A program made the translations under genes and the position numbers. The notes under the pieces are model-generated. The model was not told where the DNA came from. It saw only the letters and a list, made by a program, of their open reading frames with translations, and did not search any database. From sequence record NC_070952.1: 64,000 bases of DNA; one strand, written 5' to 3'. This document shows, piece after piece, positions 27,021 through 36,317 of the stretch (positions are counted from its first letter, which is position 1; each line of letters opens with the position of its first letter).

Positions 27021-27923
27021 ATGCAAACTCAATTAGTATCACTGACCATCGGTCCAATTGTTGAACATTATCTTGAAACCACCCCACTGTCGCAAGGTAT
27101 CATTGGGATTCAAGTCCCCGGTTTTATCACTGTCGATGACCTTAACAAACTTGTTACTGAACTCTTTGCGTTGGGTATCGGTACAAGTGAAATGCAAACG
27201 GTTATTATCCCACCACCGCAGCTCGGTACATTTGACGCATCTAAAAAGGCTGACGTGGAATCGATCGGTGGTCGTGTATTCCGTGATCGTAATGACGGGA
27301 TTCGTTATAATCGTGTTTATATTGCGTTGTACTGGGACGACCTGGGTAAACTGAACTCAATGCGCCATGACATCTTCTTCCAAGTAGAAGAACGTCAAGT
27401 AGGTGGTTACCAGGTTTCTATTACTGATAACCGTGAGTTCGGCGGTGACAAGGTTGTATACGGTAACCAACTGAAGAGTGTGATCGGCACACTTGCTTCG
27501 CAATCTGAAGATAAGCCGGTAGATATGTTATTCTCCCTTAAATCATTGATGTTGAGAAAACCGGATGATTTTTGGATAGAATTCCCAGAATTCACCGATG
27601 AGAAACTTATGGCAGCAAATCTTCTGAAATATGTTCAGGATAATGAACAAATATTCACTAACGTTATTTGGGTCATTAAGGATCGTATTAGCAAAGGTAC
27701 ATTTGGTGTTGGGATCATTTTAGAATTTCCAAAATGTCTCAATATCAGAGTCATCATGACAGATGGTCCTCGCGGTAAGTTTGTCCGTATTCAAGTAGGA
27801 ATGACTTTCTTCTTCTTCTCCATAGACCGCCCTATTATTCATGACTGGGTTAAGTTGATGATCAACCAACTCGAAGCTCACATGAACGCTTACCTGTTGG
27901 CCAAAGAAAATGAAGTACGTTGA
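27021..27923 (+). CDS. Hypothetical protein
   Basis: 300 aa, operonic. Confidence 0.75.
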   Translation: MQTQLVSLTIGPIVEHYLETTPLSQGIIGIQVPGFITVDDLNKLVTELFALGIGTSEMQTVIIPPPQLGTFDASKKADVESIGGRVFRDRNDGIRYNRVYIALYWDDLGKLNSMRHDIFFQVEERQVGGYQVSITDNREFGGDKVVYGNQLKSVIGTLASQSEDKPVDMLFSLKSLMLRKPDDFWIEFPEFTDEKLMAANLLKYVQDNEQIFTNVIWVIKDRISKGTFGVGIILEFPKCLNIRVIMTDGPRGKFVRIQVGMTFFFFSIDRPIIHDWVKLMINQLEAHMNAYLLAKENEVR

Positions 27924-28347
27924 TAGTAGTAATATTAGCGAGTTCCTTTATGAGATTGGGGGAAACCGTTATAACAACGTCAACTGGTTTAAACGCAAGT
28001 GGTGGGGTGTAAAGATTGCATTTCGAAACCGACCTTTTAAGAAGTTGGATAAACTTAAAAGAAAGTTTCTGCTAGAAGACATTCAGTACGTTCGATGCTG
28101 GGACGTGAAGTTTAGACGTCTTCGTTATTTGGATGATACTGGTACTCTACGCAGTGCAATGTTTAAAGTAAAATGGATCGCCGGTGTTTGTTATATATCC
28201 CAGTATCCGGGTGGTGTTCCACTCATTGCCAGTAAACCAAAAGGCCCCATGAAGTTTCGCGTTGTTGAATGTTCAGGTATCGAATATCGATGGCTTGGAT
28301 TACGGCGTGTTTTTACATGGGAAATCAATTACCAGTCAGCTCTGTAG
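27910..28347 (+). CDS. Basic hypothetical protein
   Basis: 145 aa, overlaps previous gene. Confidence 0.6.
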   Translation: MKYVDSSNISEFLYEIGGNRYNNVNWFKRKWWGVKIAFRNRPFKKLDKLKRKFLLEDIQYVRCWDVKFRRLRYLDDTGTLRSAMFKVKWIAGVCYISQYPGGVPLIASKPKGPMKFRVVECSGIEYRWLGLRRVFTWEINYQSAL

Positions 28348-28689
28348 GTGAACATGTCTGAGGTTATCAATAAAGAAGACTTACGAGGTTATGTCAAATG
28401 CCTCGTAAGCAATCTGAAAAACATTTGTGATCCTGAAAAGTTTGATCCCAATATGCGTTTCCGGGATGGACCCAAAATGGTTATTTATATTGAGGAAGAT
28501 CGAGGTAAGATTATTATTGCCCATTTCCAATACCTTAATCATTATCATATAAAGTTCCCTCTTTTCCCTAAAGGTAAGATATCTGAAATCACCGATGAAG
28601 ATATTAAACGATTCCTAAGGGACGAGACAAATGTCATCGAAGGGGTCACCAATAACGTTTATAACCTTTTCAATCAACTTAAAAAATAA
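28348..28689 (+). CDS. Hypothetical protein
   Basis: 113 aa, followed by a terminator. Confidence 0.65.
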   Translation: MNMSEVINKEDLRGYVKCLVSNLKNICDPEKFDPNMRFRDGPKMVIYIEEDRGKIIIAHFQYLNHYHIKFPLFPKGKISEITDEDIKRFLRDETNVIEGVTNNVYNLFNQLKK

Positions 28690-28698
28690 TAACTCACC

Positions 28699-28726
28699 CC
28701 TCTACTACCCAACTGGGTAGTAGAGG
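28699..28726 (+). terminator. Intrinsic terminator (near-identical to 36202-36229)
   Basis: CCTCTACTACCC-AACT-GGGTAGTAGAGG + T-rich tail. Confidence 0.8.
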
Positions 28727-28772
28727 TTTATCATGTTTATTATTTTTGTTTAGTTACATATTTATTTAGGTA

Positions 28773-28792
28773 GACATTATTACTATGTATAA
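28773..28792 (+). promoter_or_regulatory. Early promoter
   Basis: GACATTAT-TACT-ATGTATAA. Confidence 0.6.
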
Positions 28793-28830
28793 ACTCTAAT
28801 CTTTTAATCTTATTAACCAAGGAACCTATC

Positions 28831-29391
28831 ATGACCGTTATTACCAAGTTGATCGTTGAACAAGCCGCGCGTTCTATTACTTCTTTCATGTCCAATATCA
28901 CCCCAGAAACTAAAAAGGGTAATCACCCAATTCTGTTGACCGGTGGTGTTGAAGTGGAAGTTGAACTTAAAGCCGGCTTGGAAAACAAACTTGTTCTTAT
29001 TGCCAAAGTCGGTAACTGCATCGTGTACCGTGACAAAGTCACGTATGAACAATTGTGGAATATCAAGAATAATGCAGAAGTGTTGTATGATGCATTATTC
29101 TTCCGTACTCTGGAAGCGCTGTATGACAATGCACTGATTGCTGATTTCTCGCTGATGAAATTGATCAGTGCAGTAAGCAATCAAAAAGTAAACGAAACCA
29201 AACTGGAACTTCCAGCTGGCTTCACTGTTGAACTTAAGAAAGACGGAATTCTTATCTTTAACGCAGATAAGAAACACATTGAACTGCAGGAATTCAAAAA
29301 CAATGATTACCCATTGTCTCCTGCACTGTGTATTTCTAAGACCATTGTTGTCTACATGGTTGCTGAGAACTTCAAACCGTTTATCATTTAA
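28831..29391 (+). CDS. Hypothetical early protein (paralog set A)
   Basis: 186 aa, AAGGA RBS, two internal alpha/beta repeats. Confidence 0.75.
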   Translation: MTVITKLIVEQAARSITSFMSNITPETKKGNHPILLTGGVEVEVELKAGLENKLVLIAKVGNCIVYRDKVTYEQLWNIKNNAEVLYDALFFRTLEALYDNALIADFSLMKLISAVSNQKVNETKLELPAGFTVELKKDGILIFNADKKHIELQEFKNNDYPLSPALCISKTIVVYMVAENFKPFII

Positions 29392-29404
29392 GGATCCATT
29401 CGGC

Positions 29405-29959
29405 ATGTTATTAAACAGCGCATTAGTAAAAAGGATTGAGGGTCTTCTGAAAGCATCCTTATCCAACATTGAAAATGGCAAATACACCATTGAGCACGAT
29501 TTGGGTCCAGAGCTTACGATCTTTTATGTTCGCGATACACTTATATCTCATTGGATTATCAATAACTTTTATTTTGAAAGTAGTGTCGGATCAATTTCTG
29601 AATCGCGTGCACTTACTTGTAAAGATATTGCCGAACTTCTGATCAAGCTCAGCATTGCAAAAGCAGATCAAATCGATAACATCCAGGATATGTTCAATGG
29701 TATCACTACCAACGTTGAACATGAATCTCCCATTGGTTTAACTGTTAAGTTCCATTGCGATGTTGACTCACGCCGTTTAATGATCTCGCAAACAGCCAAT
29801 CCCAATAATGTTCTTTATGCATTGGAAGAAGCTGTGAATCAAGATATGTCAATCAATCCAAGATTGATGACTCCTTCTTCTGATTTCCAGCACCGTACGT
29901 TATCTCTGTTTTCTGATTATCTCATGGCTGACTTGATCACTCATGATGTCGCAATTTAA
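29405..29959 (+). CDS. Hypothetical protein (paralog set A?)
   Basis: Likely start MLLNSAL at 29405 after AAGGA. Confidence 0.65.
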   Translation: MLLNSALVKRIEGLLKASLSNIENGKYTIEHDLGPELTIFYVRDTLISHWIINNFYFESSVGSISESRALTCKDIAELLIKLSIAKADQIDNIQDMFNGITTNVEHESPIGLTVKFHCDVDSRRLMISQTANPNNVLYALEEAVNQDMSINPRLMTPSSDFQHRTLSLFSDYLMADLITHDVAI

Positions 29960-29990
29960 TTTAAACCCTTTAACTTAGTAAGGATGTATT

Positions 29991-30803
29991 ATGAAAAAGA
30001 CCTTTACCCCAGAACTGATCTCCGCAATCGTTGCCGAAACTTCCCGTTTGATTTCTTTGATTCCTGCAGATGAAGCGGGTCAGGGTGAAACAAAAGTGGA
30101 TGGCGTGGATTTGGTTGTTGTAGTTCGTATTCCTGACCAGCCTGCTCTTGGTGCAACTATTCGCAGAACCGTGTATTTAACTTACGGTAAAATGATTATT
30201 GCTTATGGTCTTAATCCTCGTTTGCTCAGTGATAATATCTCCAATAACCCATTGCGCGTTATGTTGTCTTCATGTCTGGGTGCTAGACGCGAACGCATCG
30301 ACATGTCCCAGCTTGCTACCATGATCAGTCAACAGAGTGTCGCGCATGCCATAAACTCGGGTTCTGCAATGGGTTACTTAACGGTGACTCAACCTGCTGA
30401 TTTCAAAGTAGAGCTTCCAGGCGGCGTTGTATTTTCTCGTACGGATAAATCTCTTTCCGTGGTAAGGGGGGACGTGGGTCTGTGTGTTATATCAACCACT
30501 ATCCCTCATGTCATTGAGCAACACATGAACCAAGCTGCCCATTTGGCAATTAGCTATGCGGACGACATTATCATTCCAGCACGTACGGTTGATACATCTG
30601 TCGACTCAGTGTTAGCGAACGGTGTACTTTACATCAAAACCGGTGATAAGAGTGTCGCTTTCTATTTTGATGACGAGCACACTAAAGCGCTTGTTGCTCA
30701 ACAGAGTTCCCAACATTTTACACAGGGAATGATTCTCGATCCAAACCAGCAGTTCGGTCATCCTTTTAATGGCATGAGACCTGGCGGATATAGCAACTAT
30801 TAA
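29991..30803 (+). CDS. Hypothetical protein (paralog set A?)
   Basis: 270 aa, AAGGA RBS. Confidence 0.75.
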   Translation: MKKTFTPELISAIVAETSRLISLIPADEAGQGETKVDGVDLVVVVRIPDQPALGATIRRTVYLTYGKMIIAYGLNPRLLSDNISNNPLRVMLSSCLGARRERIDMSQLATMISQQSVAHAINSGSAMGYLTVTQPADFKVELPGGVVFSRTDKSLSVVRGDVGLCVISTTIPHVIEQHMNQAAHLAISYADDIIIPARTVDTSVDSVLANGVLYIKTGDKSVAFYFDDEHTKALVAQQSSQHFTQGMILDPNQQFGHPFNGMRPGGYSNY

Positions 30804-31123
30804 TGCCAATACCTAAAAAGCACAAAGCCAGAGTGGAGAAGTTTATCAGTATTGTTTTGGGTAAAGTAGTGAGTGAGGAACTGGACCGCTCTTTCTTTAA
30901 GAAGGGTGCCCTGGATCCCAATTACACCATTGCTCTTTACAGTACTGGACTTCTTCCACTCTACACTGATTCTCGTATAGAGGTCATGGGTGATATTAAT
31001 GGTGTGAAAACACCTATTGCTATTTTGACCTGTGATGCTTTATCTAATAAGAGATTGGACAAGTCCCTGGTGGATGAACTCACCCAATCTTTCATGAAGC
31101 TCAGAATTAAGGAAATCAAATGA
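30803..31123 (+). CDS. Hypothetical protein
   Basis: 106 aa, TAATG coupling. Confidence 0.65.
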   Translation: MPIPKKHKARVEKFISIVLGKVVSEELDRSFFKKGALDPNYTIALYSTGLLPLYTDSRIEVMGDINGVKTPIAILTCDALSNKRLDKSLVDELTQSFMKLRIKEIK

Positions 31124-31863
31124 GTCAAGTTCATTACTCCCTCCCCATTGCGTTAGGGTTGCAGGTTCCGATTACCGATATGGTAAGGAACGTTATTCGT
31201 GATATCCTCACTAACTTTAACGCCGTTATCAACACCCAGCGTACCTATCAGTTGGTGATTAATAAAGAAACCGGGGAATCTGTTGATTTCGCATTTAAGA
31301 TCAAAAAGAACCCCCTGGATGAAATCGCAGGTGATAATCCTCTTCGCGGTATTACTGATATGGAAGCATATCGTAAACGCCCATTGGTAACCGCCACTAC
31401 GTTTCTCCATGGTCGTCCTGTGGCGATTACGCTTCAACAAGAGGATTTCGATAAACCTCTTGAAGAAACATTACAGGATCCAATGGTTGATAATGTAGCA
31501 GCTATGTTCCGAGACCACATCGTTGGCGGTATGGCAGCAAGCTTCTATCAGCACGGGCTGCGGGATCGCATTTCTTTGTGGAACCACGAAAGTAATTTTG
31601 AAGCCATCCGCGATCATTTCAACGGCATGATCGATGTGATGTGGGATGGAAATGGTTACGCTATAGATGTCCTGGCCCCTGATCATTCTAACGACGATAA
31701 GTTACGCGTCGTGAAACGAAATATCAGTTTTAATGCATTGCTGCAACATCAGGACCCAAATAACAAGAACGTTGATGTCTGCCAACGCTATCTTGACTTG
31801 GGAATCATTTCACTTATCGCCCTCGGATTAACCGAGCGGGGCTTTACCTGGACCCTGAACTAA
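31120..31863 (+). CDS. Hypothetical protein
   Basis: 247 aa, ATGA coupling. Confidence 0.75.
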   Translation: MSQVHYSLPIALGLQVPITDMVRNVIRDILTNFNAVINTQRTYQLVINKETGESVDFAFKIKKNPLDEIAGDNPLRGITDMEAYRKRPLVTATTFLHGRPVAITLQQEDFDKPLEETLQDPMVDNVAAMFRDHIVGGMAASFYQHGLRDRISLWNHESNFEAIRDHFNGMIDVMWDGNGYAIDVLAPDHSNDDKLRVVKRNISFNALLQHQDPNNKNVDVCQRYLDLGIISLIALGLTERGFTWTLN

Positions 31864-32183
31864 TGGAAAAAGCTCACCTGCATCCCAGTATCACCAATAT
31901 CAAGATTTCCACCCTGGTAGAAATTGCTGCAAAAATCAGTGCCGAAGATCCAAAGCTTAAACTGGGTGATGCTTGCAAACATGTGTTGCAAGAAGCCGGT
32001 GTGGTTTTGGAAACCAAGGTCTGGGGGTTTACCCGTGATCGTGCCAAGCTGATCCTTGAAGTATTGATCAACGGCGTGTCGGTTAACAAAGTGGTGCTGG
32101 GTTCGAAAGGTAGTAGCTACCGCATTGCCACCAACCCACACTTCATCTCAGACTACAAACGTCGGACCGGGTTACTCGCATGA
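31863..32183 (+). CDS. Hypothetical protein
   Basis: 106 aa, TAATG coupling. Confidence 0.7.
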   Translation: MEKAHLHPSITNIKISTLVEIAAKISAEDPKLKLGDACKHVLQEAGVVLETKVWGFTRDRAKLILEVLINGVSVNKVVLGSKGSSYRIATNPHFISDYKRRTGLLA

Positions 32184-32266
32184 TAAAGACACTGAGATCA
32201 TCTCGCCATTCCGAAAAACTATGAAGGGGGCGGCATGTTGTCGTCCCCGTTTTTGGAATCTTTATC

Positions 32267-32509
32267 ATGGCTCGTACTCGCGCTTATCGTCGTACCAAAC
32301 TCGCACTGAAGAAAAAGAACTGTAGCCGCTATTATGTTGCAGGATATTGGGGCGTAGAAGGTGTTCCTCAAACCGATAAGAAAATTGTCGGTAAGGTTGC
32401 CGCTGCCACCAAAAGCTGTGATGGATGGTGTTGTAACAAACCCCGTAAAAATCATGGTGAACTCTTTTCTGATGTGCGTAACAAACAACGTTATGTTGAT
32501 CAAGAGTAA
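32267..32509 (+). CDS. Small basic Cys-rich protein
   Basis: MARTRAYRR...KSCDGWCCNKPRKNHGE, putative Zn-binding. Confidence 0.65.
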   Translation: MARTRAYRRTKLALKKKNCSRYYVAGYWGVEGVPQTDKKIVGKVAAATKSCDGWCCNKPRKNHGELFSDVRNKQRYVDQE

Positions 32510-32520
32510 ATGAGGTTAAT

Positions 32521-32967
32521 ATGCAGGGATTAGAATTTGCTGTCAAAAAGGGATCACTTATTATAACTGATCTTGAGAACAAAGGGTCTCTGCATATTTC
32601 CTTTCGTTGTTACGGGAAACCTGCCATCTCTCCAGCCTTCGAAGCTTGGAATGATATTGAGACATCGATTAATTCCGGTAAACTCAATTTGCGTCTTTAT
32701 GGACACAATACCATTCGTGAACAAAATGGTTTCGCTATGTCGGGAAATGTGGTATTAAGTTCCTGTCACTTGTACGATCCCGTTCTTCATGATAGTTTCA
32801 TGCACATGGTGTTTTTAAAGCCACGGTCTGAAATCATCGGGTCCACATTGATGAACATTGGGTTTTCCCATTTTGGAACTGTATCGTTTAAAGAGTGTCA
32901 ACTCGATACTACTCCAAAGCGAGTTTCATCACGTTATTCTTCTTTTTACCGCAATCAATTAACATAG
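32521..32967 (+). CDS. Hypothetical protein (paralog set B)
   Basis: 148 aa, GAGGT RBS; aligns by eye with 33514-34023. Confidence 0.7.
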   Translation: MQGLEFAVKKGSLIITDLENKGSLHISFRCYGKPAISPAFEAWNDIETSINSGKLNLRLYGHNTIREQNGFAMSGNVVLSSCHLYDPVLHDSFMHMVFLKPRSEIIGSTLMNIGFSHFGTVSFKECQLDTTPKRVSSRYSSFYRNQLT

Positions 32968-32975
32968 AGGTATTC

Positions 32976-33434
32976 ATGCTCAATTTATTCCAACGACTCG
33001 CCTTACTGTTTCCTAGTGCTGATACAGCAGATACTATTGAGCTAGCCTGCGCCTCATTCGGTACTGTTCGTAATGCGGTCAGCGCTCAGTTGAAAACATT
33101 GATCGGTGAAAGTTCTGCGTTGGGTTTGGAAGAACTGGAGGAAGGTAAGATCAAACTGAGTTCACTACATAAAGAACTCAAGATCAGCCAAACTACCGAC
33201 CTGCTTCAGATCAATAAACCAATTACGGTTCGCCTGACATTGATTCCAACTAACGAAGATATGTACAGTTTGAAAATGAGCCTGTACCTCACTGATCCAC
33301 AATCAAGTTATGTGATCGAGCATCACGTTGTTGATTTCACTGTTGAATCAGTAGATGAGAAGCGTATCCACAAACGCGTGGAACGTATGTTGTCAGAACT
33401 GCACCGTTTTGCTGCTCCTGCCATTGCTGGTTAG
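32976..33434 (+). CDS. Hypothetical protein
   Basis: Likely start MLNLFQ at 32976 after GAGGT. Confidence 0.7.
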   Translation: MLNLFQRLALLFPSADTADTIELACASFGTVRNAVSAQLKTLIGESSALGLEELEEGKIKLSSLHKELKISQTTDLLQINKPITVRLTLIPTNEDMYSLKMSLYLTDPQSSYVIEHHVVDFTVESVDEKRIHKRVERMLSELHRFAAPAIAG

Positions 33435-33513
33435 TCTGTAACCAAACTTTAACGAGTAACCTTCCAGAGATCTGGAAGGTTACTTCTATTTATTTACTTT
33501 AGAGAATATCATT

Positions 33514-34023
33514 ATGTCAAATAAACATGTTGTTATTTTAGGTCAAGGTTCTACCGCAGGTACCATCAAAATCGAAGACCACAATACCGGTGGTTCATTG
33601 TTGATCAAACACAGCGTGAGCGAAGCTTGGGCTGAAGCCATTGATGACAATACTGATAATCCACTTGTCGAGCTGGCTAATGGTTTAAACGGTGTCTTGG
33701 AATCAGGGAAACTTTCTTTGACCTTGATCGGAAATGACAACCTTATTACTTTTAAGGATGACGATGCTCCTATCCTTGAAGGTGGGGTACTGTTACGCAA
33801 TATCAAACTCAACAGCCCTTATTTGAGAAACTGTAAACTCACGGATGTTGATATTCCAAATGCCGATAACGTGACTATCCATTTTTCCAAAGTGGATGGC
33901 CTGTATATGGAAACAACCAACCGCATCCATATGGTCAGCTGCTACATCGACGATAAGCACGGTTTGGATAACGTTACCAAGCTCCCGCTTCATTTCTTGA
34001 TGAACAAGCGCACCGGCGAATAA
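33514..34023 (+). CDS. Hypothetical protein (paralog set B)
   Basis: 169 aa; shares GxLxIxD..xGSL, SGKLxLxLxG and xxLxxxxL repeats with 32521. Confidence 0.7.
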   Translation: MSNKHVVILGQGSTAGTIKIEDHNTGGSLLIKHSVSEAWAEAIDDNTDNPLVELANGLNGVLESGKLSLTLIGNDNLITFKDDDAPILEGGVLLRNIKLNSPYLRNCKLTDVDIPNADNVTIHFSKVDGLYMETTNRIHMVSCYIDDKHGLDNVTKLPLHFLMNKRTGE

Positions 34024-34070
34024 TTAACCTCAGGGAGTCATTGGCTCCCTTCCTGTTTGGAGAAAGAATT

Positions 34071-36191
34071 ATGTCAAGCATTCATTTAGTACACCGTTAT
34101 GTTGTTGAACAAATCCTGTCTATCACAACCAAATGTGAATTCAAAAACTATGGCGGCACTGGCCGGGGTTTGGTCGATCGTATTATGGGTTCTTTCAATA
34201 TACCCGAAACTGGTTGGCTCCAAGCAGTCTATACCGGTAACATACTGAACACTGCAAAGTTAATGGATCTCATCAAAAACAAACTTGATGAAGATCAACT
34301 TGAAGATGTGATCGATGTTTGGAAAGAACTGTGTAATAAAGGTTTTTCTGAATCATCAATCATGGGTCACGCTCGCAACTTCGCAGCCGAAATTCGCAGC
34401 CGTGGATTTGGGAAAAAGCCGTTCTTTGAGTTGGATGTGGACGAATGGACAGTCGTACTCAGGACCGTGAATAATACAATTAAAAGCGCCCGTGGGTATT
34501 TCGAGAAAGCATTCAGTTCAACCACAGTTGAGGAGTTCAATGTCTATCAGCAAAAACTCCTGAGAACGTTGGTGACTTATCCTTATATCCAAGAAACATT
34601 CATCGAAGATAGTTTCTCTCAACAACTTCGTCACCATCTGCAAGCAATGTCTGATCCAGTGGTGCGTACCGAACATTTGATCACTAAGCTTAAAGAAGAA
34701 AACGACTTTTTGTTCAAAGAAGTTAAAGTCAAGCAATCTAAAGAAGGGACAGAAATTATGCTGGACCAGATGCACAAACAACATCCCCACGCTAAGCCGT
34801 ATATCCATTTCCTGGGTACCGATCACCATATCGGACATTCATTCCATTTCAACGCCGATGCCTCGCGCTTTGCACAAGAGTGTAATTACATTCGCAGCCT
34901 TATGTTAGATCTACCTAAAGACGGTAAGATCCCACTGTGTGCAATTAAATCCATCATCCACCGTTCAGCTCACCAGAAGCGGCTGTGTCAAGAACTGTTT
35001 ATTGATCAAACCGACTGGGAAAACTTTGATAAAATGGATCCTCAAAAACGTGGACTCAAACTCGATGTGATCTTTAACGCCGTTATGACACACGAAAGCT
35101 TGTCTGCGGACAATGCTGACCAGTCATTGTCTTTACCTGATTACCCTAATTTAGCAGAAGAGGAAGTACCTGTGGAAGATTCACGTTATTTGGCAATAAT
35201 CAAGGAACTCTATCCTGATGTTTATGCTGAAATTAAAGAGAGCGGTGATTCTTCAGATGAAGGTGTCAATGCGATACTTCTGAAAAAGATTACCAAAGCA
35301 AATCAGCAACGAAAGGCTGAAGATCGTATTAATTTGATTGAACAACTTTCAGATAAATTAACCGATCAATTTAAAGTGCTGCTGACTACTGCTACCCCGT
35401 TTGATCCGAGTGGCGAATGCAAGAATCCTGATTACCGTATTCATAGTAAAGGCAGTGAGATCATTGATCTTCTTCGACAGCACCAAAATCCGATCGATCA
35501 CTTTATTGGTATTGACTTGGGGGGTTTGGAAACTCGGCCCAAGCAGGGGTTCCAGGTAAAATCTCGTCAACCGCAGCATGCGCTTGCATTTCTTATTCAA
35601 ACTCCACCTGAACATACCGCGTCAGAGATTGAGACTACTTCTAATGTTGTCATCAACCAGAAGTTTATCATCCATGATGTAAATGGGGATTTCTTCTCCG
35701 AATACAAAATGACCTGGACAGATGGTGTTGCTCGTATCATGCTTAGCCACGATAAACCAGGCAATGGAGTAGGTCGCCAATTCCGCCACTTAGAAAATTT
35801 AAGCGGGAAGATGACCCAGGACGAAGCATTTAGTCGGTTCCAATCTTTGCGCCGCGTCTCCCTTAAGGATCCTATTAATCCACGACCAAATCCATTTGGC
35901 GGCCCTGTTGGGGATAACAATCAACAACAACCTGTTCCATCAACTGAACCAGCTATTGGTACAGAGATGGTGTCGCGTGTTATCATTATTGATAATAACC
36001 GTCATGAGTTGATGTTCAATACTGTTACCAAACGCCTGACCATCTTTGGTGCGGGTAAACAAATCTACAGCGGCATTGTTAAAAATGAATACCAGGCAGC
36101 ATATGTTTGGAACCGTTATAAAGACGGTGCTGTTATTGGTTTTGGTATTCACGCAATCAACGGAGCAATAGCGTCACTGAACGGTTTGTAA
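34071..36191 (+). CDS. Large multi-domain hypothetical protein
   Basis: Likely start MSSIHL at 34071 after GGAG; ~706 aa, no recognised motif. Confidence 0.75.
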   Translation: MSSIHLVHRYVVEQILSITTKCEFKNYGGTGRGLVDRIMGSFNIPETGWLQAVYTGNILNTAKLMDLIKNKLDEDQLEDVIDVWKELCNKGFSESSIMGHARNFAAEIRSRGFGKKPFFELDVDEWTVVLRTVNNTIKSARGYFEKAFSSTTVEEFNVYQQKLLRTLVTYPYIQETFIEDSFSQQLRHHLQAMSDPVVRTEHLITKLKEENDFLFKEVKVKQSKEGTEIMLDQMHKQHPHAKPYIHFLGTDHHIGHSFHFNADASRFAQECNYIRSLMLDLPKDGKIPLCAIKSIIHRSAHQKRLCQELFIDQTDWENFDKMDPQKRGLKLDVIFNAVMTHESLSADNADQSLSLPDYPNLAEEEVPVEDSRYLAIIKELYPDVYAEIKESGDSSDEGVNAILLKKITKANQQRKAEDRINLIEQLSDKLTDQFKVLLTTATPFDPSGECKNPDYRIHSKGSEIIDLLRQHQNPIDHFIGIDLGGLETRPKQGFQVKSRQPQHALAFLIQTPPEHTASEIETTSNVVINQKFIIHDVNGDFFSEYKMTWTDGVARIMLSHDKPGNGVGRQFRHLENLSGKMTQDEAFSRFQSLRRVSLKDPINPRPNPFGGPVGDNNQQQPVPSTEPAIGTEMVSRVIIIDNNRHELMFNTVTKRLTIFGAGKQIYSGIVKNEYQAAYVWNRYKDGAVIGFGIHAINGAIASLNGL

Positions 36192-36201
36192 TTAACCTAT
36201 T

Positions 36202-36229
36202 CCTCTACTACCCAACCGGGTAGTAGAGG
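36202..36229 (+). terminator. Intrinsic terminator
   Basis: CCTCTACTACCC-AACC-GGGTAGTAGAGG + TTTG. Confidence 0.8.
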
Positions 36230-36263
36230 TTTGTTAACTCTATTTTATTTTTGTTGGTTTTAT

Positions 36264-36269
36264 CGTATG
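36264..36269 (+). promoter_or_regulatory. Late-type promoter motif (CGTATG)
   Basis: Same motif at 3173-3178 (+), 16281-16286 (-) and 47884-47889 (-), each upstream of a gene start; phiKZ late consensus is TATG. Confidence 0.5.
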
Positions 36270-36317
36270 TGTAGCACAAAGTTACACAACACCTGCAAAT
36301 TAAATTAGGAGATTAGC

